NCBI GenBank assembly: GCA_944384745.1
Contig: CALWUO010000001.1
Location: 13,975-77,974, forward strand
DNA from: an uncultured Butyricicoccus sp.
Lineage (GTDB): Bacteria > Bacillota > Clostridia > Oscillospirales > Butyricicoccaceae
Length of the DNA: 64,000 nt
Direction: 5' to 3'
In this document: positions 47,203-56,386 of the stretch, piece after piece
Layout of the letters: every line of letters begins with the position of its first letter
How positions within the stretch are numbered: the first letter of the stretch is position 1
The notes under the pieces: model-generated
What the model was told of the DNA's origin: nothing
What the model saw: only the letters and a program-made list of their open reading frames with translations
The model's database searches: none
Program-made: the position numbers and the translations under genes

Positions 47203-48801
47203 TTGCAGAAGAATAAAAAACAAACTTTTATGCAGGGTGCTATGATTTTGGTCGCTGGCACCCTTATTGCTAAACTTATTTCAGCGGCATTTAAAATTCC
47301 GCTTCAGCACTATATAGGTAATACTTGTATGGGTATTTTCAATAGTGCTTATCAGTATTATACAATTATGTTTGTTATTGCTACGGCTGGCGTGCCTGTG
47401 GCACTTAGCAAACTTGTTTCAGAAGCTAATGCACTAGGGCGAAGTCAAGAAGTAAAACGCATTGCAAAACTTGCAGGTATTACTTTTTTTAGCTTTGGTG
47501 CATTATGCTCAGTTGCACTTTTTTTCGGTGCTGACCTTATTGCTAAATTAAGCAACAACCCTATGGCAATACAGGCAATAAGAGCTATATCCCCAGCAGT
47601 GTTTTTTGTGGCTGTTGTTGCGGTGGTGCGTGGTTATTTTCAAGGTATGTCTAATATGATACCTACCGCACTATCACAAATTATAGAGGCAAGTGGTAAA
47701 GTCGTTTTAGGTCTTGTGTTTGCATATTTTGCAGGAGTTAAGGGCTTTAGTGACCCTATAAAAGCCGCTTTTGCTATTTTTGGCGTTACAGTGGGCGAAA
47801 TTTTAGCGGCTGTTACTATGCTTTTTTATGCGGCATCAGCTACAAAAAAATCACAGGCAAATAATCTAAATGACCATTGTAGGTCTTATAAAGAATTATT
47901 TAGAGTGCTTTTATTAACTGTAATCCCAGTAACTCTTACAAGTTCGGTTACAAGTCTTACAACACTTATAGACACTGGTATGCTTGTAAGAAGATTGCAA
48001 GAAGTCGGTTATACATTAGAACAGTCTAATGCTCTTTATGGCGTGTATACAGGTCAAGCGTTTACAATGTTTAATTTTCCACAAACGCTTATAACTGCAC
48101 TGGCTACCGCTGTTTTACCTGCAATGGCTGGTGCTTATGCACAGCAAAACCATACAATGGCGGCTAAAAATATGGGTAGTGCAATGCGTATTGCTATGCT
48201 TATAGCTTTACCTGCTTGTGTAGGCTATATCGTACTTGCTCACCCTATTATAAATTTACTTTTTGCAGAAGATGCCTCTGGTTTGGTTGATAAAAATTTA
48301 GGCGGTTCACTGCTTATGGTGCTTTCACTTGCAATTCCTTGTGTTGCTCTTGTAGGTCTTACAAATGCAATCTTACAAGCAATAGGTCAGATGAAAATCC
48401 CTGTTATAACCATGCTTATAGGCGGTATGTGTAAAATTGGACTTAATTATTTTCTAGTTGGAAATCCTAAAATACATATTTATGGTGCACCAGTCGGAAC
48501 ACTTGCTTGTTATACTTTGATTGCTACACTAAATTTAATGTTTTTAAGAAAATACATTAAATTACCTAAGATTGGTAAATTATTTATTAGACCTTTTACC
48601 GCTTGTATTGGTATGGGGGCAGCAGCAACTATTATTTATAGATTGCTTGCTGATAGTTTAGGAAATATTGCAGTTTTACCTGCAATTTGTGCAGCAGCAG
48701 TTGTATATGCAGTCCTACTTGTTGCATTAAACGCTTTGGAAAAAGATGATATGTTAATGTTACCAGCGGGAAAAAGTCTGGTTAAATTATTGCGTCTTTA
48801 G
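47203..48801 (+). CDS. MOP-superfamily flippase (YabM/SpoVB/MurJ-like)
   Basis: 532-aa polytopic protein; N-terminus KKQTFMQGAMILVAGTLIAKLIS; sits at the yabM position upstream of mazG-yabO-yabP-yabQ; TTG start. Confidence 0.7.
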   Translation: MQKNKKQTFMQGAMILVAGTLIAKLISAAFKIPLQHYIGNTCMGIFNSAYQYYTIMFVIATAGVPVALSKLVSEANALGRSQEVKRIAKLAGITFFSFGALCSVALFFGADLIAKLSNNPMAIQAIRAISPAVFFVAVVAVVRGYFQGMSNMIPTALSQIIEASGKVVLGLVFAYFAGVKGFSDPIKAAFAIFGVTVGEILAAVTMLFYAASATKKSQANNLNDHCRSYKELFRVLLLTVIPVTLTSSVTSLTTLIDTGMLVRRLQEVGYTLEQSNALYGVYTGQAFTMFNFPQTLITALATAVLPAMAGAYAQQNHTMAAKNMGSAMRIAMLIALPACVGYIVLAHPIINLLFAEDASGLVDKNLGGSLLMVLSLAIPCVALVGLTNAILQAIGQMKIPVITMLIGGMCKIGLNYFLVGNPKIHIYGAPVGTLACYTLIATLNLMFLRKYIKLPKIGKLFIRPFTACIGMGAAATIIYRLLADSLGNIAVLPAICAAAVVYAVLLVALNALEKDDMLMLPAGKSLVKLLRL

Positions 48802-48811
48802 GAGTTAAAAA

Positions 48812-49600
48812 ATGGTAGATTTTAAACAGAAAGAAAACTATACTTTTGATGATTTGGTTGAAATTGTGCGTATTCTTCGTGCACCAAATGGTTGTATGTG
48901 GGATAGAGAACAAACTCATAAGTCAATTCGCAGAAATTTTATAGAAGAAACCTATGAAGTTGTAGAGGCTATTGACACAGATAACACTGAACTTCTTAAA
49001 GAAGAATTGGGCGATGTGCTTTTACAGGTTGTATTCCATGCATGTATTGAGCAGGAAAACAACGTTTTTGATATAAATGATGTGGCTGATGGTGTATGCA
49101 AAAAACTTATTTACCGTCACCCTCATGTATTCGCCAAAACAGATGTAAACTCAACTGAGGAAATTTTAACTAATTGGGACGCTTTAAAACAAAAAGAGAA
49201 AAATCAAAAAACTGTTACTGATAGTTTAAAAAGTGTTGCAAGAAGTCTTCCAAGTCTTATTCGTGCAGAGAAAATTCAGAAAAAAGCGGCTAAAGCAGGT
49301 TTTGATTGGCAGAATGTAAATCAAGCGATTGATAAAGTCCGTGAAGAACTCTATGAAATACAAAATGCAAATGAAAATGCAATAAATGAAGAAGTAGGCG
49401 ATATGCTTTTTGCAGCCGTTAATGTTGCAAGAATGTTAAAAGTAGAGCCAGAACAAGCTTTAGAAAAAGCCGCTGATAAATTTATTGTGCGTTTTGAGAA
49501 TATGGAACAAATGGAAAAAAATCTTGCTGATTTATCTTTTGATGAGCTTTTAAGTCTTTGGAAACAGGCTAAGGAAAATAAACAAAGAAAAGGTGAATAA
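48812..49600 (+). CDS. mazG: nucleoside triphosphate pyrophosphohydrolase MazG
   Basis: Tandem MazG domains; EETYEVVEAI and EELGDVLLQV motifs. Confidence 0.85.
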   Translation: MVDFKQKENYTFDDLVEIVRILRAPNGCMWDREQTHKSIRRNFIEETYEVVEAIDTDNTELLKEELGDVLLQVVFHACIEQENNVFDINDVADGVCKKLIYRHPHVFAKTDVNSTEEILTNWDALKQKEKNQKTVTDSLKSVARSLPSLIRAEKIQKKAAKAGFDWQNVNQAIDKVREELYEIQNANENAINEEVGDMLFAAVNVARMLKVEPEQALEKAADKFIVRFENMEQMEKNLADLSFDELLSLWKQAKENKQRKGE

Positions 49601-49605
49601 ATTTA

Positions 49606-49848
49606 ATGAGACTTGATAAATATTTAAAGGTTTCTCGTCTTATAAAGCGTAGAACCATTGCAAATGATGCTTGTGATGCGGCTAGAATAAGTGTAAATGG
49701 TAAAGCTGCTAAAGCCTCATATCAAGTTAAAATCGGTGATATTATTGAAATTGCATTTGGTCAGCGTACTATGAAAGTTGAAGTGTTAAATGTGGCTGAA
49801 CATGTGCTTAAAAATGATGCGGCTGGTTTATATCGTGAAATTGAATAA
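49606..49848 (+). CDS. yabO: S4-domain RNA-binding protein (YabO/Hsp15-like)
   Basis: MRLDKYLKVSRLIKRR S4 signature; conserved position after mazG. Confidence 0.8.
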   Translation: MRLDKYLKVSRLIKRRTIANDACDAARISVNGKAAKASYQVKIGDIIEIAFGQRTMKVEVLNVAEHVLKNDAAGLYREIE

Positions 49849-49854
49849 ATTTAA

Positions 49855-49888
49855 AACGTCAAGGCTATATGCTTTGACGTTATTTTTT
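49855..49888 (+). terminator. terminator after yabO
   Basis: 11-bp stem AACGTCAAGGC/GCTTTGACGTT followed by ATTTTTT. Confidence 0.7.
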
Positions 49889-49950
49889 GCATAAACACAG
49901 TTATTCAATCATATATTAGATTAGATATTTGCCAAAATGGAGGAAATAAT

Positions 49951-50229
49951 ATGTCTAATGAGGAAAAAATGCGTATGCCTCACACTCTGAATTTGGATAA
50001 CAATGGCAATCTAAAATTAACAGGTGTTATTGATGTGACAAATTTTGACGAAAATGTAGTTTCACTTGAAACATCAAGAGGTATGCTTGCAGTAAAGGGC
50101 GAAAATCTTCATGTTGAGGGTTTAAGCCTTGAAAAAGGCGAACTTACACTTACAGGCACAGTAAATGCTATGGAATATGACGATAATTTAATGAATAGAG
50201 GCGGAATATTTGCTCGTTTATTTGGTTAA
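49951..50229 (+). CDS. yabP: sporulation protein YabP
   Basis: HTLNLDNNGNLKLTGVIDVTNFDENVVSLETSRGMLAVKGENLHV matches the YabP pattern; synteny with yabQ-divIC. Confidence 0.85.
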   Translation: MSNEEKMRMPHTLNLDNNGNLKLTGVIDVTNFDENVVSLETSRGMLAVKGENLHVEGLSLEKGELTLTGTVNAMEYDDNLMNRGGIFARLFG

Positions 50230-50241
50230 GGGGGCGTTTTT

Positions 50242-50694
50242 ATGACGTTCTCGCTTGCACAGCAAACTTTAGTCTTTTTAGAGGCGATTTTGCTTGGTGT
50301 GATAGGCGGTTTTATTTATGATATATGCAGGGCAATTCGTCAAATATTAAACTTTAAAACCAAAGGGACAGTTATAATAGATTCAATTTTTTGCCTTATT
50401 GTACTTATTATTTTATTTTATTTCGCTGTTACAGATGCGGTTTCTCAGATGAGATTTTATGTAATATTAGGCGAAATAGGCGGTATGCTTTTATATTTTT
50501 TGTCTTTTACAGTCTTTTTACTTCCACTTTTAAAGCTTATTATAAACTCCCTGCTTTTTGTTTTGACTTTGCCAGAAACTTTTATAAAATTTATATTATC
50601 TAAAGCATATATTTTTAAGCCATTTTATAAATATATAATAGAAATTATTAAAAATATAAAAAAAAGACTTTCTTTTTTTAGGAAATCGGGTTAA
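50242..50694 (+). CDS. yabQ: spore cortex biosynthesis protein YabQ
   Basis: Small polytopic membrane protein directly after yabP; GGFIYD motif. Confidence 0.65.
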   Translation: MTFSLAQQTLVFLEAILLGVIGGFIYDICRAIRQILNFKTKGTVIIDSIFCLIVLIILFYFAVTDAVSQMRFYVILGEIGGMLLYFLSFTVFLLPLLKLIINSLLFVLTLPETFIKFILSKAYIFKPFYKYIIEIIKNIKKRLSFFRKSG

Positions 50695-50746
50695 AATAAA
50701 ACCATATTGATTATTAGGATAGCTTGCTTTTCAGGAGGTGGATTAA

Positions 50747-51031
50747 ATGAAAAGAAAAAGAGCTAAAATGCCACGCTTTGTTAAAATTATTGTATTTGGT
50801 GCTGTAATCATCGGTGCAATGTCATTTATTCATCTGCAAATTCAAATATCTTCTCGTCAATCGCATCTTAATGATTTAATTAGTCAAACTGAAGAACAAC
50901 AAGAAGTGAACGATGCTATCCGTAACCAAATAGAAAATGGCGTTTCAGATGAATATATTGCATCTATTGCCAGAGAACACGGCTATGTAATGCCGAATGA
51001 ACGTGTATTTAAAAACGCATCAAGTAAATAA
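50747..51031 (+). CDS. divIC: septum formation initiator (DivIC/FtsB family)
   Basis: Single TM helix plus coiled coil; conserved position after yabQ. Confidence 0.65.
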   Translation: MKRKRAKMPRFVKIIVFGAVIIGAMSFIHLQIQISSRQSHLNDLISQTEEQQEVNDAIRNQIENGVSDEYIASIAREHGYVMPNERVFKNASSK

Positions 51032-51094
51032 TGCAATCTTAAATTTTATAGATAGCTATTAAATAAAAAATCACATGGAGGAAAATTTAGGGGT

Positions 51095-51523
51095 ATGGAT
51101 TTCGCCGTTGGAGCAATTTTTGAAGGTAAAGTAACTGGGATTACAAAATTCGGTGCATTTGTTTCTCTGCCAGAAGGTAAGTCGGGAATGGTGCACATCT
51201 CAGAGGTGGCAAACTCATTTGTAAATGATATTAAAGATTTCTTAACTGAAGGTCAAGATGTTAAAGTTAAGGTAATCAATATTGATGATGTTGGTAGAAT
51301 AAATCTATCAATTAAGAAAGCACAAGAAAATACCCAACAAACACAACGTCAATTTGAAACTAAACGCTCTCGTCCTCAACAGCAGCGTACAGCTCAGGCA
51401 AAAGACCAATCTGCTATGACTTTTGAGGATAAACTAAAAATGTTTATGGCTGATAGTGAAAGCCGTATGGCTGATATTAAACACAATAACGATAGAAAAA
51501 GCGGTGCTCGTCGTCGTCGTTAA
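51095..51523 (+). CDS. yabR: S1 RNA-binding domain protein (YabR-like)
   Basis: S1 domain GAIFEGKVTGITKFGAFVSLPEGKSGMVHISEV; basic C-terminal tail. Confidence 0.8.
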   Translation: MDFAVGAIFEGKVTGITKFGAFVSLPEGKSGMVHISEVANSFVNDIKDFLTEGQDVKVKVINIDDVGRINLSIKKAQENTQQTQRQFETKRSRPQQQRTAQAKDQSAMTFEDKLKMFMADSESRMADIKHNNDRKSGARRRR

Positions 51524-51536
51524 ACTCAAAATTTTA

Positions 51537-51569
51537 AAACCGAGGCAAGTTCGTTTATGCCTCGGTTTT
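51537..51569 (+). terminator. terminator after yabR
   Basis: Stem AAACCGAGGCA/TGCCTCGGTTT followed by a T-run. Confidence 0.75.
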
Positions 51570-51577
51570 CCATGTGC

Positions 51578-51670
51578 AAAAAAAAAACACCCGTCATAAA
51601 CTTTGACGGGTAAAAGATAGGATTGTGGGGATAAAGATATGAACGGTGCATGGTGATGAATTTCATCACC
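51578..51670 (-). ncRNA. candidate small RNA of about 90-95 nt with its own promoter and terminator
   Basis: Minus-strand TTGACA, 17-nt spacer, TGaTATTAT promoter (51705-51677); 5' stem-loop; C-rich stretch AUCCCCACAAUCC; 8-bp terminator stem ACCCGTCA/TGACGGGT followed by 10 U. Confidence 0.4.
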
Positions 51671-51676
51671 ATGGAT

Positions 51677-51705
51677 ATAATATCACTATTTCCATAAAAT
51701 GTCAA
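51677..51705 (-). promoter_or_regulatory. sigma-A promoter of the candidate sRNA
   Basis: TTGACA (51705-51700), 17-nt spacer, extended -10 TGaTATTAT (ends at 51677). Confidence 0.5.
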
Positions 51706-51738
51706 CAATAAATTTAGAAAAATAAGAAAGGTTTTTCT

Positions 51739-52935
51739 ATGAGTAATATCTTAATACGCAATGCATATATTATGCCAATGCAAGGTGAAAATATTGAAAA
51801 TGGTTATATTCTAATAGAAAATGATAAAATTAAGGCTTTTGGTAGTATGGAAAATGCTCCAAATGATGAAAATTTGCAGATTATAGATGCAAATAATGGA
51901 TATATTATCCCTGGTTTAGTTGATATTCATTCACATATAGGGCTTTATGAAGATGGTATCAGTTTTGAGGGTGCAGACGGTAATGAAGATACTGACCCTA
52001 TAACCCCTCAACTTCGTGTTATAGATGGTATTAACCCGATGGAAAGAGCTTTTAAAGAGGCTATTGAAGCAGGTGTTACCACTGTTGTAGTAAGTCCTGG
52101 AAGTGCTAACCCTATTGGAGGTCAACTTGCTGCTATTAAAACATTTGGCAGACGTATTGATGATATGATTATAAAACAACCAATAGGCGTTAAATTCGCA
52201 ATGGGTGAAAATCCTAAAAATACTTATCATGAAAAAAACGAAACCCCTGTAACTCGTATGGCGATTGCTTCACTTTTAAGAGAAAACCTTAGAAAAGCAG
52301 TTGAATATCACGAGAGAAAACACCGTGCATTTGAACATGAAGAGGAAGATTTACCAGATTTTGATGCTAAACTTGAAATTTTAGAATTGCTTATAGAGGG
52401 AAAATTGCCAGCTCATATACATGCTCATCGTGCTGATGATATTTTTACCGCTTTGCGTATTTGTAGGGAATTTAATATAAAGCCTATACTGGTTCATGCA
52501 ACAGAGGGGCATTTAATAGCAGATTTAATTGCTGAGGACAATATACCTGTTATAAGTGGCCCTTATATGACCGATAGGTCAAAACCTGAGCTTGCAAATC
52601 TATCTGAAAGCAGTCCATCTATAATGCAAAAAGCAGGAGTTAAAACTGCCATTTCTACAGACCACCCAGAAATGCCTGTTAAATATATACTGATTGCGGC
52701 AGCGGTTGCAGTTAAAAATGGTATGGACGAAATGGAAGCACTTCGTGCTATAACTATAAGAGGAGCTGAAATAGTTGGGTTAGAAGATAGAATAGGCTCA
52801 ATCGCTCAAGGCAAAGATGCTGATTTGGTGCTGTTTACTGGTCATCCGCTTGATTTTCGTAGTAAAGTACAAACTGTATTATTAAATGGCAAGATTGTAT
52901 ATAGGAGTAATGAAAATGAGAACAATAGATGTTAA
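51739..52935 (+). CDS. amidohydrolase-family protein (metal-dependent hydrolase)
   Basis: DIHSHIG HxH metal motif; 398 aa. Confidence 0.75.
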   Translation: MSNILIRNAYIMPMQGENIENGYILIENDKIKAFGSMENAPNDENLQIIDANNGYIIPGLVDIHSHIGLYEDGISFEGADGNEDTDPITPQLRVIDGINPMERAFKEAIEAGVTTVVVSPGSANPIGGQLAAIKTFGRRIDDMIIKQPIGVKFAMGENPKNTYHEKNETPVTRMAIASLLRENLRKAVEYHERKHRAFEHEEEDLPDFDAKLEILELLIEGKLPAHIHAHRADDIFTALRICREFNIKPILVHATEGHLIADLIAEDNIPVISGPYMTDRSKPELANLSESSPSIMQKAGVKTAISTDHPEMPVKYILIAAAVAVKNGMDEMEALRAITIRGAEIVGLEDRIGSIAQGKDADLVLFTGHPLDFRSKVQTVLLNGKIVYRSNENENNRC

Positions 52936-53758
52936 TGAAATTACAAACCTTGTGGAAAAACTTTGTATTAAATCCAATTATGAACTTCCATGTGATATTA
53001 GAAACTCATTTGTAAAAGGCAAGGAAAATGAAAAATCTCCTCTTGGTCGTGAAATTTTCGATGAAATGATTAAAAATTGTGATTTAGCCGCAGAAAAACG
53101 AGTTCCTGTATGTCAAGATACAGGTTTTGCAACTATTTTTATTGAAATCGGTCAAGATGTGCATTTAACAGGCGGTGACTTTGAACAGGCTGTGCAAGAG
53201 GGTGTGAGAAGAGGATATATAAACGGCTATCTTAGAAAATCTATTGTTTCTGACCCACTTGAAAGAATTAACACAGATGACAATACACCTGCTATAATTC
53301 ATACTAAAATCGTTGCTGGAGAAGATATAAAAATTATAGTTGCTCCTAAAGGTGGCGGTAGTGAAAATATGAGTGCTGTGAAAATGTTCACTCCAGCAGC
53401 TACTAAAGAAACTATTATAAACTGGATTGCTGAAACCGTTATAAATGCAGGCTCAAACCCTTGTCCACCAGTTATAGTTGGTGTAGGTCTTGGCGGAACA
53501 GTTGAAAAAGCAGCTTATCTTTCTAAGGTTGCATTGCTTCGCAGTGTGGATAAATCAAGCGAAAACCCTGTTTATGCTGAAATGGAAAAGGAAATCGTTA
53601 AGAAAATTAACGCTTCAGGTGTAGGGCCTCAAGGTCTTGGCGGAACAGTTACCGCTTTATCTTGTGCAATAGAACCTTATGCTTGTCATATTGCAAGTCT
53701 GCCTTGTGCTGTTTCTATTGGCTGTCATGTTACACGTCACGCTGAAGGTAAAATTTAA
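52916..53758 (+). CDS. class I (Fe-S) fumarate hydratase / tartrate dehydratase, alpha subunit
   Basis: CQDTG and KGGGSEN motifs; start set at the ATG 8 nt after GGAG; overlaps the amidohydrolase 3' end by 20 nt. Confidence 0.8.
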   Translation: MRTIDVNEITNLVEKLCIKSNYELPCDIRNSFVKGKENEKSPLGREIFDEMIKNCDLAAEKRVPVCQDTGFATIFIEIGQDVHLTGGDFEQAVQEGVRRGYINGYLRKSIVSDPLERINTDDNTPAIIHTKIVAGEDIKIIVAPKGGGSENMSAVKMFTPAATKETIINWIAETVINAGSNPCPPVIVGVGLGGTVEKAAYLSKVALLRSVDKSSENPVYAEMEKEIVKKINASGVGPQGLGGTVTALSCAIEPYACHIASLPCAVSIGCHVTRHAEGKI

Positions 53759-53956
53759 TAAAAAAACAAAATACTTTAATTTAATGAGTATTTGCAAGAA
53801 ATATTTAGAATATGAGTGATAATCTGCTATAATCGTCTAAAACCGACAATGTGTGATGAGCATATTAACAAAAGATGTGTTATACTATGTACATCAAATA
53901 CCAATAACATCTTAACTGTTTTTGGGTTATGAAATGTTCCGCAAGGAGATGATTAT

Positions 53957-54481
53957 ATGAAAATCAACATCGTCGAAAGAAAGCTTCGCATTAAAGATGA
54001 CCTGCGAGATTATGCAGTTAAAAAAGTTGAAAAGCTGGACAGATATTTCCAGTCAGACGCAACTTCTACTATTACTTTTAGCGAACTGAAGGGCCGCCAA
54101 ACAGTTGAAATTACGGTCAACAACAAAAGCATGATTGTTCGTGCTGAGGAGACCACAACAGATATGTTTGCGTCGGTTGACGGTGCGATTAATCATATTG
54201 AACGCCAGATTCGCAAAAATAAGACTCGTCTTAGCAAGCGTCTGCGTGAGGGTGCATTTGAAAAAATGGCAGCTCAAGATGCAGGGCTTGAAGAAGATAC
54301 CTTTGAGGTAGTGCGTCATAAGCGTTTTGAAGTGGAGCAAATGTCAGTTGATGAAGCTATTTTACAGATGAATCTAATCGGACATCAGTTCTTCTTCTTT
54401 AAGAACGCTGATAATAATGACGCTCCAGCAGTTATTTATAAGCGTGCTGCTGGCGGATATGGTCTGATTGAAAGCGAATAA
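53957..54481 (+). CDS. hpf: ribosome hibernation promoting factor, long form
   Basis: N-terminal S30AE domain plus C-terminal dimerisation domain (MSVDEAILQMNLIGHQFFFFKN). Confidence 0.9.
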   Translation: MKINIVERKLRIKDDLRDYAVKKVEKLDRYFQSDATSTITFSELKGRQTVEITVNNKSMIVRAEETTTDMFASVDGAINHIERQIRKNKTRLSKRLREGAFEKMAAQDAGLEEDTFEVVRHKRFEVEQMSVDEAILQMNLIGHQFFFFKNADNNDAPAVIYKRAAGGYGLIESE

Positions 54482-54490
54482 GATAAATAT

Positions 54491-54523
54491 AGCGGGCTGG
54501 ATTTATTTCAGTCCGCTTTTTTC
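54491..54523 (+). terminator. terminator after hpf; overlaps the 3' end of ruvX
   Basis: Stem AGCGGGCTG/CAGTCCGCT followed by TTTTTT. Confidence 0.65.
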
Positions 54524-54936
54524 TGCATACGTTTAAAATCAAGATATCCCTGCAAAATAAGTGTAGCCGCTACCGCATCAACACTTTGTCTGTGTTTTTT
54601 CATTTTTTTGCCGCTTTGATGTAAAATTTGATGTGCTGAAACTGTGGTTTGTCGCTCGTCCCATAAAACCACATTTAAACCTGTTCTATCTGCCAAATCA
54701 TTTGCAAGCTCTTTGCATTTTTCGGCTCTTTCACCAATAGAACCGTCCATATTTTTTGGATATCCTAAAACAATTTCTTCAACTTTATTCTGATTTATAT
54801 AATCACATAATTTATCAATTAGTTTTTCTCTGTTCCATTCGGAAATTACAGATGGTGAACCCGCAAGCATTCCAGTGATATCAGAAAGTGAAAGCCCTGT
54901 TCTTGCGTCGCCATAGTCAATTCCTAAAATTTTCAT
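54508..54936 (-). CDS. ruvX: Holliday-junction-resolvase-like nuclease RuvX (YqgF)
   Basis: MKILGIDYGDARTG N-terminus; 142 aa. Confidence 0.9.
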   Translation of the reverse strand: MKILGIDYGDARTGLSLSDITGMLAGSPSVISEWNREKLIDKLCDYINQNKVEEIVLGYPKNMDGSIGERAEKCKELANDLADRTGLNVVLWDERQTTVSAHQILHQSGKKMKKHRQSVDAVAATLILQGYLDFKRMQKKAD

Positions 54937-55093
54937 ATTTTTCCTCCAAATAGGTTATAAATCGGTTTAAAATCAAAATGATTATATCATAAACATTTAA
55001 TTATTGGAATTACAAAAAACAGTGACAAAATATTTAATGAAATTGTTGTATTTAATCAAAATTTAAAAAAAGACTAAAAATATTAAAAATTCA

Positions 55094-55123
55094 TTGACTT
55101 GTATAGTGTGGCGGTGCTATAAT
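55094..55123 (+). promoter_or_regulatory. sigma-A promoter of the rpmG-secE-nusG cluster
   Basis: TTGACT, 18-nt spacer, extended -10 TGcTATAAT. Confidence 0.65.
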
Positions 55124-55263
55124 TATCTCACCTATGTGGGTTCTTTTTTTATGCACAGATTTATTTTTCTGGCTGAACTACAAAGGGAGGCAAACACCCT
55201 GCTTAAATGGTCAGGGAAATATCACCTTTTAAGGTGTGTCAAACTATAAGGAGGTGCCGCTAA

Positions 55264-55413
55264 ATGCGCGTTAAAGTAACGCTGGCCTGCACAGAGTGCA
55301 AGCAAAGAAACTACAACACGATGAAGAACAAGAAGAACGACCCAGATCGTCTTGAGATGAACAAGTACTGCCGTTTCTGCAAGAAGCATACACTGCATCG
55401 TGAAACTAAGTAA
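55264..55413 (+). CDS. rpmG: 50S ribosomal protein L33 (below the ORF-track length cut-off)
   Basis: Hand translation [49 protein letters not shown]; AAGGAGG SD; upstream of secE. Confidence 0.9.
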   Translation: MRVKVTLACTECKQRNYNTMKNKKNDPDRLEMNKYCRFCKKHTLHRETK

Positions 55414-55440
55414 TAATTGCGGAGAAAGGAAATAACTTCT

Positions 55441-55680
55441 ATGGCAGAGCAGGAAAAAAAAGCCGAAAAGCCAGTGAAGGCAAAAAAGCCTTCTATCTTC
55501 GCAAGAATCGGCAAATGGTTCCATGAGCTAAAAAGCGAATGTAAGAAGATTGTTTGGCCAACTCGCAAACAAACCATTAACAATACCGCTGTTGTTATTG
55601 CTTCAGTTATTATTGTAGGCGTGTTTGTTTGGGTACTTGATGGTATTTTCAAGGTTGGTATTTCCGCAATTCTTAGCTGA
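55441..55680 (+). CDS. secE: preprotein translocase subunit SecE
   Basis: KKIVWPTRKQTINNT followed by a single TM helix; between rpmG and nusG. Confidence 0.9.
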   Translation: MAEQEKKAEKPVKAKKPSIFARIGKWFHELKSECKKIVWPTRKQTINNTAVVIASVIIVGVFVWVLDGIFKVGISAILS

Positions 55681-55698
55681 TGAGAGGGGCCTAAGACT

Positions 55699-56226
55699 AT
55701 GTCAGATGCCGCAAAATGGTATGTTGTACACACATACTCAGGCTACGAAAACAAAGTAGCTTCTTCAATTAAACAAGCGGTTGAAAACCGCAGACTTCAT
55801 GACCTTATTGCTGATGTAACCATTCCTGTGGAAAAGGTTACAGAGGTTAAAGACGGAAAAACCCGTGAAATTGAACGCAAACTGTTTCCAGGTTATGTTT
55901 TAGTTAAAATGGTGCTTACAGACGAAAGTTGGTATCTTGTAAGAAATACAAGAGGCTGTACAGGCTTTGTTGGTCCAAATTCAAACAAGCCTTTGCCATT
56001 GTCCGATGAGGAAGTAGCTAAAATGGGCGTTGAAAAACGTGAAGTCGAAATTAACTATACAGTTGGTGACAGTGTCCGTGTCATCGCTACTGCTCTTTAT
56101 GGCTCAATCGGTGTTGTTGACTCACTAGAGCCAGATAAGAACAAAGTAACTGTAATTCTCCCTATGATGGGCAGAGAAACCCCTGTTGAGTTTGAACTCA
56201 ATCAGGTGGAAGCTTTGGACGAGTAA
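55699..56226 (+). CDS. nusG: transcription termination/antitermination factor NusG
   Basis: WYVVHTYSGYENKV NGN domain and a KOW motif. Confidence 0.95.
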   Translation: MSDAAKWYVVHTYSGYENKVASSIKQAVENRRLHDLIADVTIPVEKVTEVKDGKTREIERKLFPGYVLVKMVLTDESWYLVRNTRGCTGFVGPNSNKPLPLSDEEVAKMGVEKREVEINYTVGDSVRVIATALYGSIGVVDSLEPDKNKVTVILPMMGRETPVEFELNQVEALDE

Positions 56227-56386
56227 TTTTAATAAGGCGGAAAATCCGCTTTCATGCATAAATCTATTGGCATGAATTTGTCGTATGCTACGCAGTCCAC
56301 GCCAAGGAAAGCGTATGCGTGGGAGAGTTTACTAAAACAGTAATGCTCGCCAGACACCACATTTATTTAAGGAGGAAACCTCAACA

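Noticed and set aside
51526-51708. A 60-aa minus-strand ORF over the candidate sRNA region
   Set aside because: It has no SD and runs straight through two terminator hairpins. It is better explained as non-coding.
55222-55733. Minus-strand ORFs of 100 and 140 aa covering rpmG and secE
   Set aside because: The plus strand encodes unmistakable L33 and SecE in conserved order with SDs. The minus ORFs have no SD or motif.
56227-56386. The structured 160-nt region between nusG and rplK and the 107-nt rplK-rplA spacer, considered as L1/L11-type autoregulatory leaders
   Set aside because: Hairpins are visible, but I cannot match them by eye to a defined leader family. They are left unannotated and an Infernal/Rfam scan is needed.
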